Assembly (NCBI GenBank): GCA_009914755.4
Contig: CP068257.2
Coordinates: forward strand, 28,928,001-28,992,000
Length of the DNA stretch: 64,000 bases
Reading direction: 5' to 3'
DNA from: the human T2T-CHM13v2.0 reference genome, Homo sapiens
Each line of letters begins with the position of its first letter. The stretch's first letter is position 1. The notes under the pieces are model-generated. The model was not told the origin of the DNA. It did not search any database and saw only the letters and a program-made list of their open reading frames with translations. The position numbers were made by a program, and so were the translations under genes. Shown here piece by piece: positions 1 through 13,484 of this stretch.

Positions 1-323
1 CTATCATAGGATCATATAATTATAGAATTAAAGAGACTTGAGTCATCATTTATTTCAGTGTTCTTGTTACTGATGAGAAAAATGGATTCAGAGAGACAAG
101 CAGAGTTACGCAACAGTGAAACTTAGTGGCAGATTAGGACTAAAACCTAAGTACTTTGATTATTGGCCTTAGTTCAGCAGATGCATTTGAAATCAAAGAT
201 TGCAGGTTAGGGTATATCTTCTCCCACAATGCCCAGCTGCCTTATATTTTTGTTTCATATCATCAATATAAATAAAAGCAAATGACATGAAACCAGTAAG
301 CATATATGCTCAGCTACTCCTGC

Positions 324-394
<71 letters not shown>

Positions 395-412
395 ATGTAT
401 ATATACACTTTA
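324..412. repeat. (TA)n / (TATATATACA)n simple repeat
   Basis: Direct reading shows uninterrupted TA dinucleotide runs with periodic ACA interruptions. Confidence 0.85.
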
Positions 413-424
413 AGTACTGAGGTA

Positions 425-830
425 AATGTGCAAAACGCGCAGGTTTGTTACATAGGTATACATGTGCCATGGTGGTTTGCTGCACCCATCGACCCATCGT
501 CTATGTTAGGTATTTCTCCTAATGCTGTCCCTCCCCTAGTCCCCCACCCCCTGACAGGCCCTGGTGTGTGATGTTCCCCTCCCTGTGTCCATGTGTTCTC
601 ATTGATTAACTCCCACTTATGAGTGAGAACATGTGGTGTTTGCTTTTCTGTTCTTGTGTTAGTTTGCTGAGAATGGTGGTTTCCAGCTTCATCCATGTCC
701 CTGCAAAGGACATGAACTCATCCTTTTTTATGGCTGCAGAGTATTCCATGGTATATATGTGCCACATTTTCTTTATCCAGGAACCTCAAAGAATACAGGT
801 TATTTTTGAACTTCATTTATACTGATTAAA
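425..830 (-). mobile_element. L1 (LINE-1) 3' end fragment, antisense
   Basis: Contains 'cctgtgtccatgtgttctcattgattaactcccacttatgagtgagaacatgtggtgtttg' and 'tttccagcttcatccatgtccctgcaaaggacatgaactcatc'. These are the reverse complement of the canonical L1 ORF2 3' end / 3'UTR. Confidence 0.75.
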
Positions 831-2143
831 CTTATTTCCTTTACCAGTTTATTAAAAGTGCTACATAACTAGGTACTTAACATATTTCCATCCTGAGGGA
901 ACTTTGCAAACTACAAGTTGAAGGGAATTATTAATGGTAAAGAATTGCTGTATTTGAATTTGCTTCAGTTAAGAAAATGTAGGTTCAATATAATTTTAGG
1001 TAATTTTTTAAAAAGACTATTATCTTTAGCACTTGTCACAATCCAGATAAAACCAGATATATTTGCTTGGTAGGGAAAATATTATTATCAGGAATAGAAG
1101 ATCCCAGAACCTCCAATCTAGGAATTATTTTCTAGGGTCCTCTGCTTTATTTGATTCCTAAAAGTGAAGCTAACACGTATGTGAACTTTGCCTGTCCACG
1201 AAGCATCAAGTCATCTGCCTCTTCTCATTCTCAGCTCACACGACCTCCCACTTGGCACTGATAGGACTAGACTGACCCCAGTCACCCTATGACTCACGCT
1301 GGTTTCTGTAGAGAAGAAACACTTTACCGTCTTTTATCTTTCTGAGATACTAGTGCATTCACATTTTAAGATTTTACCAAATATCAATATTAGGAACTTC
1401 TCTTATTCTTAAAACAATTCTTTATTTTTTTCTTTAATGAGCATGTATTTTACAAAATATATTCACATAAAAGTCAACATTATTATTCTGTGGTTGTGAA
1501 ACTACTGTGGAACAATCAAACCATCAAACGGAAACTTCATGAGGTAAGGAAAAAGACCCAATTCCCTCGTCATGTCTTTTAACTCAATAGACTGTGGACA
1601 TCAGACACTTTAATGAGGTCATGATACGTAGACTTTTCTTTCCTCATTATTGTACCCCCAATAATTGCAAAATGAGTGAAATAACCATCTAAAACCATCT
1701 AAAAGCTAGCACAGAGTATTTTCACTGGCAATCCAGAAAAAAACACATTTTTATGGATGATTCTTCCTGGAGAGTACACATGTAAATGATACATTAATTG
1801 GCAAAAAGCCAAATAAGATGATAGATTTTTTGTCTACACAATTTGTACTTTTATTTTAAAAGTAAACAAAGATAACAGATAATACTTACTGAGAGATTCA
1901 TATGGGCCAGGCAGCCCATATGAACACATATGACACCTTCCATATGTGTTATATTTAGTATAACGTATATTCAAGAGGTGTGTAGTAAAATTGTCTATCA
2001 AGGTGTTTGTTTAGTATACTAATATCTAAAATATACCTCTCCTTATGTTAATTAATTGCTCCTTGTATTCTCTTGACCAGTTTCCTAAATAGTTGCTAGT
2101 AATATTAAAGGTTCAAAAAAAGACACTGAAAAGTATTTATCTT

Positions 2144-2502
<359 letters not shown>

Positions 2503-5500
2503 CTAGAGATGATAAGATGTGTAAAAATTATGAACAATGCCACATTGTTATAGAAAAATACCTGACAAAATGGTCCAAGAGCTGCTTCATAGTTTCACAT
2601 TGTTTCTTTATTGCCATATACAATATCCAATAACATGTTTATTTTTGTGAATAAAATATGTTTCTATCCTTATCTAATCATTGCTGATGATTCAGGGTAC
2701 GGTAGGGAAGCTCTGTTTACCCAAGAAAGAATCAGAGTCTTTATAAAATGGAATTATTAAAGCCAAACACATTAAATTTCTATAAAGATTTTGTAAATAT
2801 CTAATATCTAATCTGCAGATAATTTTCTTGACACAATTCCAATTTTGATAATAATTGAAAAGGATAAAGACATGTCTTTTTATTACTAAATAGCTCTGTA
2901 AACATTTTGCTATAGGAAAATTAAATCATATTTTTATTCTTATATTGTGTAAGCTGATCGCTTCAGTTTAAGAGTCCTGTTAAATGTTTATATTCTTACT
3001 CTCACAGGTCTTACCATCACTGTGAAAATCATGCATATAATTTGCTAATGAATACTGAAATAAGGGCAAAAATTTCCACAATTGACACTGTTATTAATCA
3101 TTTATCTGTAGAGTATGTCGATACGTCTGGAAGGGAAACTAGATCTAGAGATGAAACAATGGATAGTAAATATCATTATAAAACTGATGGTATTGTCACA
3201 TACTTGCAGAACATAAGGAAATAAATTAATTATGCATTAGGGTAACAAAAGAGTGCAATTAGATAGATAGTTATAAGATAAACATTATAAGTTAAAGACT
3301 TTCATGCACTACTAAAAAAAGCCCTTCGTAAAATATAATTGAATAATAGCTTATTCCAATTTCAATAATGTCAAATAGAGCAATAGATTTAACAAGAAAT
3401 GTGCATGACATTGGTGCAGAAATTTTATGGAAGGATATAGATGACTTGAATGAATGAAGAATTATGACATTCATTTTATTGTATGAGAAGATAAAATACA
3501 GAAATGATACAATCCTTCCTATTTTAATTCAGAAATGTAATAGGATCCCAGTCAATATCACAGCATGATTTTTGGAAATTTACAAAAGTATCTTAATATT
3601 TATCTGATAAAAAGAAGATAATTTCCCACACAAAATATTAAAATATAGTTAAGCAGCATGGTGTAATTGTTAAAATTAGCAGCTTACTGAAATATAATAA
3701 AAATCCAATTTATTATTCTGTTTATATCCTTCATTTTTCTTAGAAATTTTATAAATATACAGAAGGAAATTAAATTTTTATATTTTGTTATATTCTTTTA
3801 TGTACAAGAAAAAATGTTAACTTTTGTTAAAATGTTGTTTCCTTATTGCTCCATCTGTTCTTTGAAAGTCTAGAAAAAATTAACTTAGAAAAGTTTATTG
3901 AGAATAGTTTTGTTGACTCAGAATTGCTTGTCTAATTAAGTTTATTCATTTCTTAGTGAAATATTTAAGACATTTTAATATGTTGGAGTAAAGTATGACT
4001 TTTCTTCAGATATTTTCAGTTTCTTAGCATGCAATCTGAATAATGTCCTACAATTTCAGGGGAAAAGTCTGTGGCCATTGTTATATCTTCTTGCTCATAT
4101 TTAATTTCATCACACACATATACACATTGCATCACAAGATTTATTTCTGTTTTCACAATTCCTCCCATCAACTGATCAATTTACCAATTCTGCCCTTATT
4201 CTATATATTAACACTTTAGTGTTTGCTTTAATTTTTATTATTTCATCTTTCTATGTACTTTATAGTTGCCTATTTGGCCTCATCCTAACTTGCAAGGTCC
4301 ACAAGCACATATCTCCAGTTTTGCTCTTTTAATTGTTACTGTAAAATGATTAACATATTTAAAGGCCTGCCCATGTTTTGCTTTATATGTTGAAATACAA
4401 CCTAGATTTTCATGTGCAGTGTTCTTATTTTCTTTATTTTATAAGTATTTTACTGTCTTAGGCTTTTTTCTTCTACTCATTACATAATTAAAATACATAT
4501 TTCGATATAATTTTTAGTAAACTAATCTCTAGTTTTATAGCATCGTGGGTTGGCAATGCAATGTTTGGTAAAGTATTGAAATTCTTCTGGATTGCAGACT
4601 ATGCTGTTTTTCTAAATATTGTACAAATTGTTGAAAAGACCTGTGATTAAGAACATTTCTGTTTTTCTACATCATCATTTGTCATTTTTATTTGACCTAT
4701 GTTTATTATTTTTATATAGTGTTTTCTTAAATTGATAGAAGTGTGATAAATTATTTAATATCTACTGTATTCCTCTTAAATTTGCTTATTTCTAATATTT
4801 GCTTTTCGATTATGTCAATCTATTTTTTGACTCACAGTTAATAATAGCTGTTGTAACCTTATTACTTGTAGCAGTCTTCTCAATGTATAATTAAAATTTG
4901 TACAATGTAATACTTTTAATTTATACTTTATTTCATAAGACTTTTGTTGCACTTGTTTTCAGCCTGCATTGCTTTTTATATCTTTCGCCAATTTTTTTTC
5001 TTGTTTTAACTATTTTTGTGTGTTTAAAGCAGATGACCACAATTGATATTTGGTGACCACAGTACAAATGGGTGAAAAATGTATTATTGGCTAGAGCTAA
5101 TACTAATTAGATAAATATTACATTCGGAGCAATAAAGTAATGATGCCTTAGGCAATGTCACAAAGTTCTGAAGCTTTTATGTTATTCAGTGAGTCAAATC
5201 ATTGCAAATTATGAATACTTGTCAGAAAAAATATATATCTATACAGCATTTTAAATATAATCTTGAGATCTGTATGAACACCAAAAATTCAAGGCACATA
5301 AAATTAAATGATGAAAATATTTAACAGCCTGCCCATATTTTGCTTTATATGTTGAAATCCAAACCTAAAAGCTAAGTTAGATGGCTTCATAGGCCAGGAA
5401 TCTTGATGCCTAGTGTGGGACATTGAAATTACTAGGATTGAGAAATTGAAGGATTTTTTTAACTAACTAGCAAAAACTAATAACCTTATTTTTCCAATTT

Positions 5501-6849
5501 TTCTTTACCCATAGATAAAAGGATGATAATCATTCTCATATATAGTTTAAGAGTCAACTCTTTGAGATACATTACTTCCGGAAAGAACTATGTAGATTAG
5601 CCATTTGAAAATCTAAGTCATTATTAGAAAGAAAATTGCTCTTATTGTTTGATGAGCTTAGGACTGGGATCTTAACTCTAGTAACAGCTCTAATTGGAAG
5701 TCTTGACTAGTTTCCTGGGCATACAGGACAAACAGTTCTTTTAACAGAGTCAAAATATTTGCTGATAAGGGGCCATCAAGGCTTTAGTGATGTTTTTGGC
5801 ATGTTGGAGTCACATTGAGGGACTCAAGTGTTTTTCAGGGCAAAGGTGACCTTAATAAAGCTGCAAATACTCCTGATAAACTTGGGATAATTAAATAAGT
5901 TGTCTTCTCCTGATGTCATTAAATATTCAGTTTACATAACTTCCTGTGTTCTGATTCTTTGCCAGGTACACAGCTTTCTGATTACTATGACATTCACCAC
6001 TCCTTACAGGAAAAGGGTAAGTTAATTATATTAAGTTTAAGCCCTTTGGCCACTCTGACAGTGATTTCTCAGGGTAAATTAATAAATTGGCCTCTGATTA
6101 TGATTTCATTTCTCATATAAAATAAAGATGACATGCTGATAAAATAGGCTTTGAGTATTTCCATTTCCCCGTGATAGTAATTTGTCTCTGTAAATTAATA
6201 AAATGATCTGATTATAATTTGGATTTCCATGTAGGTTAACTATAGGGATAATTCAAAAATCAAGCTAACGCAAATGTTATAGTTCCTGTAACAATGATTT
6301 CATGTTGTATATTAATGAATAGGCATTCTGTTTTATAGATGAGCCACTTTAACTTGTTAATGGCAGTCAGGCCCTGAGAGATGGAGTTGTTCTCAGTGTA
6401 CTGACTGAGCCATCTAACCAACCCTACAAGCTAAAGAGCTAGACTTTGGATAGGGATACATTTTTAAGCGTAACTAATGTTTTCCTAGGAGGCTCCTCCT
6501 AGAGATTTGACTTTTTCTTCTCTGGAGATTCTGGAAACGTCTCTCTGTTCCCCATGAGATAAGAATTAATTATGCAATGGAATTATTTTTGTCAACACAT
6601 ACCTGGGGCTAAATTCTGTATCAGTGGTATTCCAGAAAATATCCTTACCCAGCTCATTTCTTTAATGAATCTATTGAACAATGTTCTGGGCTATCCAAGA
6701 TACATAACCATGAAGATACAGGTGATCTGTTATTGCAGAGCCTTGTACATGCTTCACTGATGTGTCTCATTACCTGAGCTTCCATGCCAACCACAGACTG
6801 CTTCTGCTCTTGTTATTACTAGTTTCTCCTTTAAAATGTTGATATGGGA

Positions 6850-7610
6850 TGGGGGCAGGGAAGTGCTGGGTAGAGAAGGGTGGGGTCCCTGGCAAGAGCT
6901 GTGGTCCTGTGCCCGTGGACGTAAGTAAGAACGGGCACTCTTGTTTCCATGCCCAAATGTTGCATTTTTCAAGACCACTCTGGCCCATTATGACCCCCAC
7001 CCTGTGCCCATATAAACCTGAGACCTTAGCGGACACACACACAAGCAGCTGAACGTCAAGAGGAGTGGTGGAGAGCAGCAGAGAGCAGCCAGGCGATATG
7101 GCAGAGAAGGAAGGAAGACGTGCCTGAATGTCAAGAGGAGCTCGTCTAACAACAGCTGAACTGCCGGGAAAGATTATCTCCCCAACCCCTCCACCTTCCA
7201 GCTCCCCATCCATCTCACTGAGAGCCACCTCCATCACTCGATAAAACCTTGTACTCATCCTTCAAGCCTACGTGTGATGCAATTATTTCAAGATATGGGG
7301 CAAGAACTTAGGATACAGAAGGCTGTCACACTGCTCCTCTGCCCTTGTGATAAGGCAGAGGGTCCATTGAACTGATTAACACACAAGCCGCCTGCAGATG
7401 GCAAATCAGAAAGAGCTTTGTAACCCATGCCCATTTGGGCTTCTGGAGTTGCAGACACCCAGCCCTTGGCACTGCTATGGGGCCGGAGCCCAAAAGTTGT
7501 CACTCAGACTTCTGCACCTGTACCTCTGCATGCTCCCCCTTGGGGTTTGAGCAAGTCACACCCCTGTCACATGTCCTGTGAGGGGATTCAGGGAACTCTC
7601 CCATTTCAAT
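6850..7610 (+). mobile_element. Probable solitary retroviral LTR, family not identified
   Basis: The segment is organised like an LTR. It has a TATA-like 'cccatataaacctgag', a downstream 'cgataaaacc' polyA-like motif and a G/C-rich U3-like start. It is non-coding apart from a spurious 162-aa antisense ORF. I could not assign a family or exact boundaries by eye. Confidence 0.3.
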
Positions 7611-8374
7611 ATTTGTAGGTTAAATATCATATTTTACTCTGCAACTAGAAGTCTTTGTTTAATTTATGAAGCTTATTTATATCTGTCTTTGCCTCTTTTT
7701 AACCTCATAAACGAACCATCAGAACTACCTCGGTTTTTGCTTTACATATTTGAAAATTTTCCCTTGTTCTCTATTAATTAATTAGAAACATTTTATGCTG
7801 TAACCAGGACAATTACTCCCATGTTGGTATCCTGGTAGTCTAATTATGCTTAAGTAAATAATGAGATGGTTCACATTTAAACGGTGTCGTAAAATCAAAA
7901 TATAAACTGCATCAAAATCATTAGCGCAGTTGTTAATTTTGAGTTTTCTTTAAAAACAGGTTGGTTCAAAGTTCACAGTATTGGAGTATTACAAATGTAC
8001 TTATCATATTCTTAAAAGAGTTATATTCAGAGACTTTCATAAAATTCTACAGTTAATGTAACTGGCTGTTGAAGTACATGGCTTTCCAGTTAATGGCAAT
8101 ATCAGATTCCTCAATTTCTGGTACTCCTCTAGAAATTTAACTTCACATTTAGTGGGCTGAAATAGTTGTCTGAACTTAGAGAGAGAAACAAAATTTTACG
8201 GGATTCTTGAATGTGATGCTCCAACTTTTTTATGTAGAACATGTATTTTATGTTCTTTAAAATGTATCCTAAGATAAATTCAAAGTACCAGACTTAAATA
8301 TCTGTACTATAACATTTTTCTCCAACCACAATAGAATTTTACTTATTTGTCCTTATACCATTTGCCATTGTTGA

Positions 8375-8743
<369 letters not shown>

Positions 8744-8820
8744 TGCGATTTATTTTTGTAGTTACAGGGAGAATAATATCTGACTTCAAAGAGTTTGTAT
8801 TGTCACATCATGTTCTCTTT

Positions 8821-10262
8821 ACTGTATATATATATAAATTATATATAAATTATATAGAAATATATAAAGTATATATAAATTATATAGAAATATATAAAGT
8901 ATATATAAATTATATAGAAATATATAAAGTATATATAAATTATATAGAAATATATAAAGTATATATAAATTATATAGAAATATATAAAGTATATATAAAT
9001 TATATAGAAATATATAAAGTATATATAAATTATATAGAAATATATAAAGTATATATAAATTATATAGAAATATATAAAGTATATATAAATTATATAGAAA
9101 TATATAAAGTATATATAAATTATATAGAAATATATAAAGTATATATAAATTATATAGAAATATATAAATTATATAGAAATATATAAAGTATATATAAATT
9201 ATATAGAAATTATATATAAATATATAAAGTATATATAAATTATATAGAAATATATAAAGTATATATAAATTATATAGAAATATATAAAGTATATATAAAT
9301 TATATAGAAATATATAAAGTATATATAAATTATATAGAAATATATAAAGTATATATAAATTATATAGAAATATATAAAGTATATATAAATTATATAGAAA
9401 TATATAAAGTATATATAAATTATATAGAAATATATAAAGTATATATAAATTATATAGAAATATATAAATTATATAGAAATATATAAATTATATATAAATT
9501 ATATAGAAATATATAAATTATATATAAATTATATAGAAATATATAAATTATATATAAATTATATATAAATTATATATAAATATATAAAGTATATATAAAT
9601 TATATATAAATTATATATAAATATATAAAGTATATATAAATTATATAGAAATATATAAAGTATATATAAATTGTAGAGAAATATATAAAGTATATATAAA
9701 TTGTAGAGAAATATATAAAGTATATATAAATTATATAGAAATATATAAAGTATATATAAATTATATAGAAATATATAAAGTATATATAAATTATATAGAA
9801 ATATATAAAGTATATATAAATTATATAGAAATATATAAAGTATATATAAATTATATAGAAATATATAAAGTATATATAAATTATATAGAAATATATAAAG
9901 TATATATAAATTATATAGAAATATATAAAGTATATATAAATTATATAGAAATATATAAAGTATATAGAAATATATAAATTATATATAAATTATATAGAAA
10001 TATATAAATTATATATAAATTATATATAAATTATATATAAATATATAAAGTATATATAAATTATATAGAAATATATAAAGTATATATAAATTATATAGAA
10101 ATATATAAAGTATATATAAATTGTAGAGAAATATATAAAGTATATATAAATTATATAGAAATATATAAAGTATATATAAATTATATAGAAATATATAAAG
10201 TATATATAAATTATATAGAAATATATAAATTATATATATTATATACTGTATATATAATTTAT
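8821..10262. repeat. AT-rich minisatellite (VNTR), 30-bp unit, about 48 copies
   Basis: The unit 'tatatagaaatatataaagtatatataaat' repeats in exact register with the 60-column lines. Blocks of shorter 20-bp variants (tatataaattatatagaaat) occur near 9470-9600, and there are point variants (ttgtagagaaa) near 9660-9720 and 10110-10140. Confidence 0.95.
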
Positions 10263-12722
10263 ACAGCATATTAGGAATACTCATGGAATTATTTTTCCTC
10301 AGATCATAGGATTAAATGTTGAAATTCTGATGACATTTTGAAAATATATCAAAAGTTGGTCCTCTAATACAAAATACTATAAAATGAGCAAACCACAGTA
10401 GCTTTCGATTAAGTCATTCTCAAGTTTACTCATTCAGCATATATACATTGTGCATGTACTGAAAAGGGTCGTTTTAAGCTTTGGGGATACACTAATGAAA
10501 AAAAAAATGTCAAGAGAAAAAAGTCCCTTTCCTATGGACCATACGTTATTCCAGGTGAGAACAATAATATCAGATATTAAAGTACACGAAGAAAACAGCA
10601 AGCAGTGGGCTAGAAAGTGCAGCAAGGGAGTTAAAATTTTACAGAGTGGTCAGGGAAACCTCACAGAGAATGAAATTTTGAGACAACTGTCAGGAACACA
10701 GAGAAGAAAATTTTGAGACAACTGTCAGGAAAGATGAGAAAGCAAATTCTGTTGATATTTGAGAGAAGAGCTCTCCAGTTGGAAGGAAGAGCAAGCACTA
10801 AGACACTGATGGGAAGCATATGTCTGGCATATTCAGAATTAGCAGGGGGACAAAGGTGGTCAGAGGAATGGGCACTGGTAAGAGGTGAGGTCAAGGAAGT
10901 CCCATGGTGGAGGAGGGTGGCAGGAGGGGGTGGGGAAGAGTCTGCATAAATTGCCAGGCAAGTCTAGCTCTCCCTGTGGGTAGGCAACAATAGGTTTCAG
11001 CAACTGCCTATAAATAGACATGTGCTGACTGTTGAGAGATGAAGGTAATCTAGGAGCCATTGTGAACAACAACTAGGAAAGAGATCCAAGGAGATATGGG
11101 CGGAACTTTAAATGCATCTACTATGTGTAGTTTGAACAAAGACTCTTTGATGTTTGTAATGGTGTAATGGTGGAGGTGGCAAGAAGTGGTTGGATTCTTG
11201 GTGTATTTTGAAAGTACAGTCAATGTAACTTTTTGATGAGTTGGAAGTAGGCTTCAAGAGAAAGAGTCAAGAAAATCAAAAGTTTGGGGCCTGAATACCT
11301 AAAGATATGGAAATGTCATAAACTGATACGGCAAAAGGGTAAAAACAGCAAATTTTCATTAGAATAAAGATGAGAAGTTTAATTTTAGACATATTCAGCT
11401 TAAGATGACTCTAAGACATGTCGGATTTGTAGCGATAGATAGATACATGTCTCATTCTCAGGTGGGAGTCCTGGGCTGGAAAGGAGAAACACAATTCATA
11501 GGCACAGAGATATAGTTTTTTTTCATTAAGATGAAAGAGATCACTGAGATATGGGGGCTTTGTTTTATCAGTTAGATTTCTCAGACTAATAAACTCCCCA
11601 AAGGAAGAAAGTAAATGTTCCGTTTGATAAGATTAAGGAACAGTTGTTCTGATTGATTCCTGCCAACAATGAAAGTCCTGGTTATTGGTTTTCCTCGTGG
11701 ACTTGCTTTTATTCAGGCAGTTGGCGTGCTTACCTAGTATCGGCATCTGGCCTGGTAGACCACGGCCTTTTCTTTCTACTGTATCCCTTCGACTTTAAAG
11801 TAAGAAGAGCCTGATAGGTGCCCAGGATTTAATGAAGTTTTTAGGGTCTACTCACATTGAATGTCTTTAAGTTACAAGAACTCATTATGTTTTCTGTTTA
11901 CTTCCTGTCACTTCCTCCTGAGAAGCCTGTCACTTTTTCTCTTTCTTTTTACACTTGTACACACACGCACATGCATGTACGCGCACACACACACACACAG
12001 TACCCATCTTCTTCATCTAGCTTCTACTCACTTCTATTCACCTACTTTTACTTCTATGCTTCTACTCATCTACTTATCTGTCAGAAATCACTCCTTCCAC
12101 TTCACCGTCTCATAATCAATGATCACAGGATATGTTATATGATTGTGAGAATAACAAATCTCAACTTGTATTGCCTAGTGGATTAACAGTATCCTCCCAC
12201 ATAGACTGTGTATCCAAGAGAAGAGAGACCATATCCACCTCGTACATCTGTACATTTCTGGTGTCTGGATGATAACTTTACACTGCAAGCAAGCATTCCG
12301 TAAATACTTGTGTAATTAAACTAAATTGACTTGGAAGTACCAATAATATCATCAGTCACGCAAAAACAAATATAAAAACATGGAAGCAAAATTATTGCAA
12401 TAAGCAAATGTAAATAAAGTCAAATTCACCTTCATAAGATCATATAATATTACATTTAAAAAAAACATGAATTTTCTCAAAAGAATAATTTAAGTGGAAA
12501 TATATGGACTTATTAAAATAGTATAATTGCAGAAAAATAGATAAAAAATTTGAAATTTCTCTCGCTCAATCCAGAACCTGCAGCTAATATTCTAAAGTCA
12601 TTTAAAATGTGGCTATGAGCTAACTTTTGATAACATTGATGGGACGAAGAACAGTGGAAAGAGAGCTAGCACTTCACAGGAAGGTGAGTCCAATGGGCTA
12701 AGTGGCTCTCAGGGTTGATTCC

Positions 12723-12841
12723 TCAGTAGAATCCATAGTATCTGCCACCGCAAGAAGAGTAGCAGCAACTGTAACAGTATCACAATACCCACAGCCATGC
12801 CCATAGCCCAGGCCACCATCACAGTTACCACAGTAGCACGT
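12723..12841 (-). pseudogene. KRTAP20/22-like high-Gly-Tyr keratin-associated protein pseudogene
   Basis: The minus-strand leader 'cttctgataccACGtgctactgtggtaac' is homologous to the KRTAP22-2 leader 'cttctgacaccATGtgctactaccacaac', but the initiator is ACG. The first frame reads TCYCGNCDGGLGYGHGCGYCD. A +2 frameshift is then needed to read the KRTAP20-like C-terminus CYSCCYSSCGGRYYGFY*. There is no in-frame upstream ATG because a TAA intervenes. I see no convincing TATA box. Confidence 0.6.
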
Positions 12842-13183
12842 GGTATCAGAAGTGGAGGATTAACTCCAAGACAGAAATTTGTTTCCTTAGTTTGAACATT
12901 ATCTCAGTAGTGGGTACAGCATCTTGGCCTTCTAATGTTTTGTTTGAATAACCCATTGTTTCTGAATTCTTCTCTGTTTCTTTCCTTTAAACAGTTCAAC
13001 ATGTTGACATTGTGTCACCCTGACACCTTAATATTATTATTATGTTATGACTTTGTTTATATTCTTTTCTCACGTAAAAATCTATGAGCTACTTCAGGGC
13101 ACAGATTCTATCTTATCCATCCCTATACCCCATTGCCTACCAAAGCATCTGGCACATAATAGGCACTTAAATATTTGCTCAAT

Positions 13184-13484
13184 GGGCTGAGTGTGGTGGT
13201 TCACACCTGCAATCCCAGCACTTTGGGAGGCTGAGGCAGGTGGATGCTTGAGGCCAGGAGTTCTAGACCAGCCTGGCCAACATGGCAAAACCTACCAAAA
13301 ATACAAAAACTAGCCAGCCATGGTGGTACACACCTGTAGTCCCAGCTACTTAGGAGGCTGAGGCACACGAATCGCTTGAACCCATGAGGCAGAAGTTGCA
13401 GTGAGCTGAGATCACGCCACAGCACTCCAGCCTCGGCGCCAGATTCAGACTCTGTCTCAAAAAATAAAAATAAAAATAAATAAA
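13184..13484 (+). mobile_element. Alu, sense
   Basis: gggctgagtgtggtggttcacacctgcaatcccagcactttgggaggctgaggcagg ... cactccagcctcggcgccagattcagactctgtctcaaaaaataaaaataaaaataaa. Confidence 0.9.

Noticed and set aside
6770-7258. 162-aa antisense ORF, the longest in the window.
   Set aside because: It lies within an LTR-like repeat. It shows no compositional or codon signal of a real gene and no similarity I recognise. It is the chance ORF length expected in GC-richer repeat DNA.
8800-10284. 128-aa (+) and 91-aa (-) ORFs of YINYIEIYKV / LYILYIFLYN repeats. Also whether the array could be a CRISPR-like repeat-spacer structure.
   Set aside because: They are pure translation of the 30-bp AT-rich minisatellite. 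There are no unique spacers, since the repeats are contiguous, and the context is eukaryotic. It is not coding and not CRISPR.
10905-10935. G-rich tract ggtggaggagggtggcaggagggggtgggg, a possible G-quadruplex.
   Set aside because: It has only three runs of three or more G plus several GG. It is a weak G4 candidate at best and has no associated feature.
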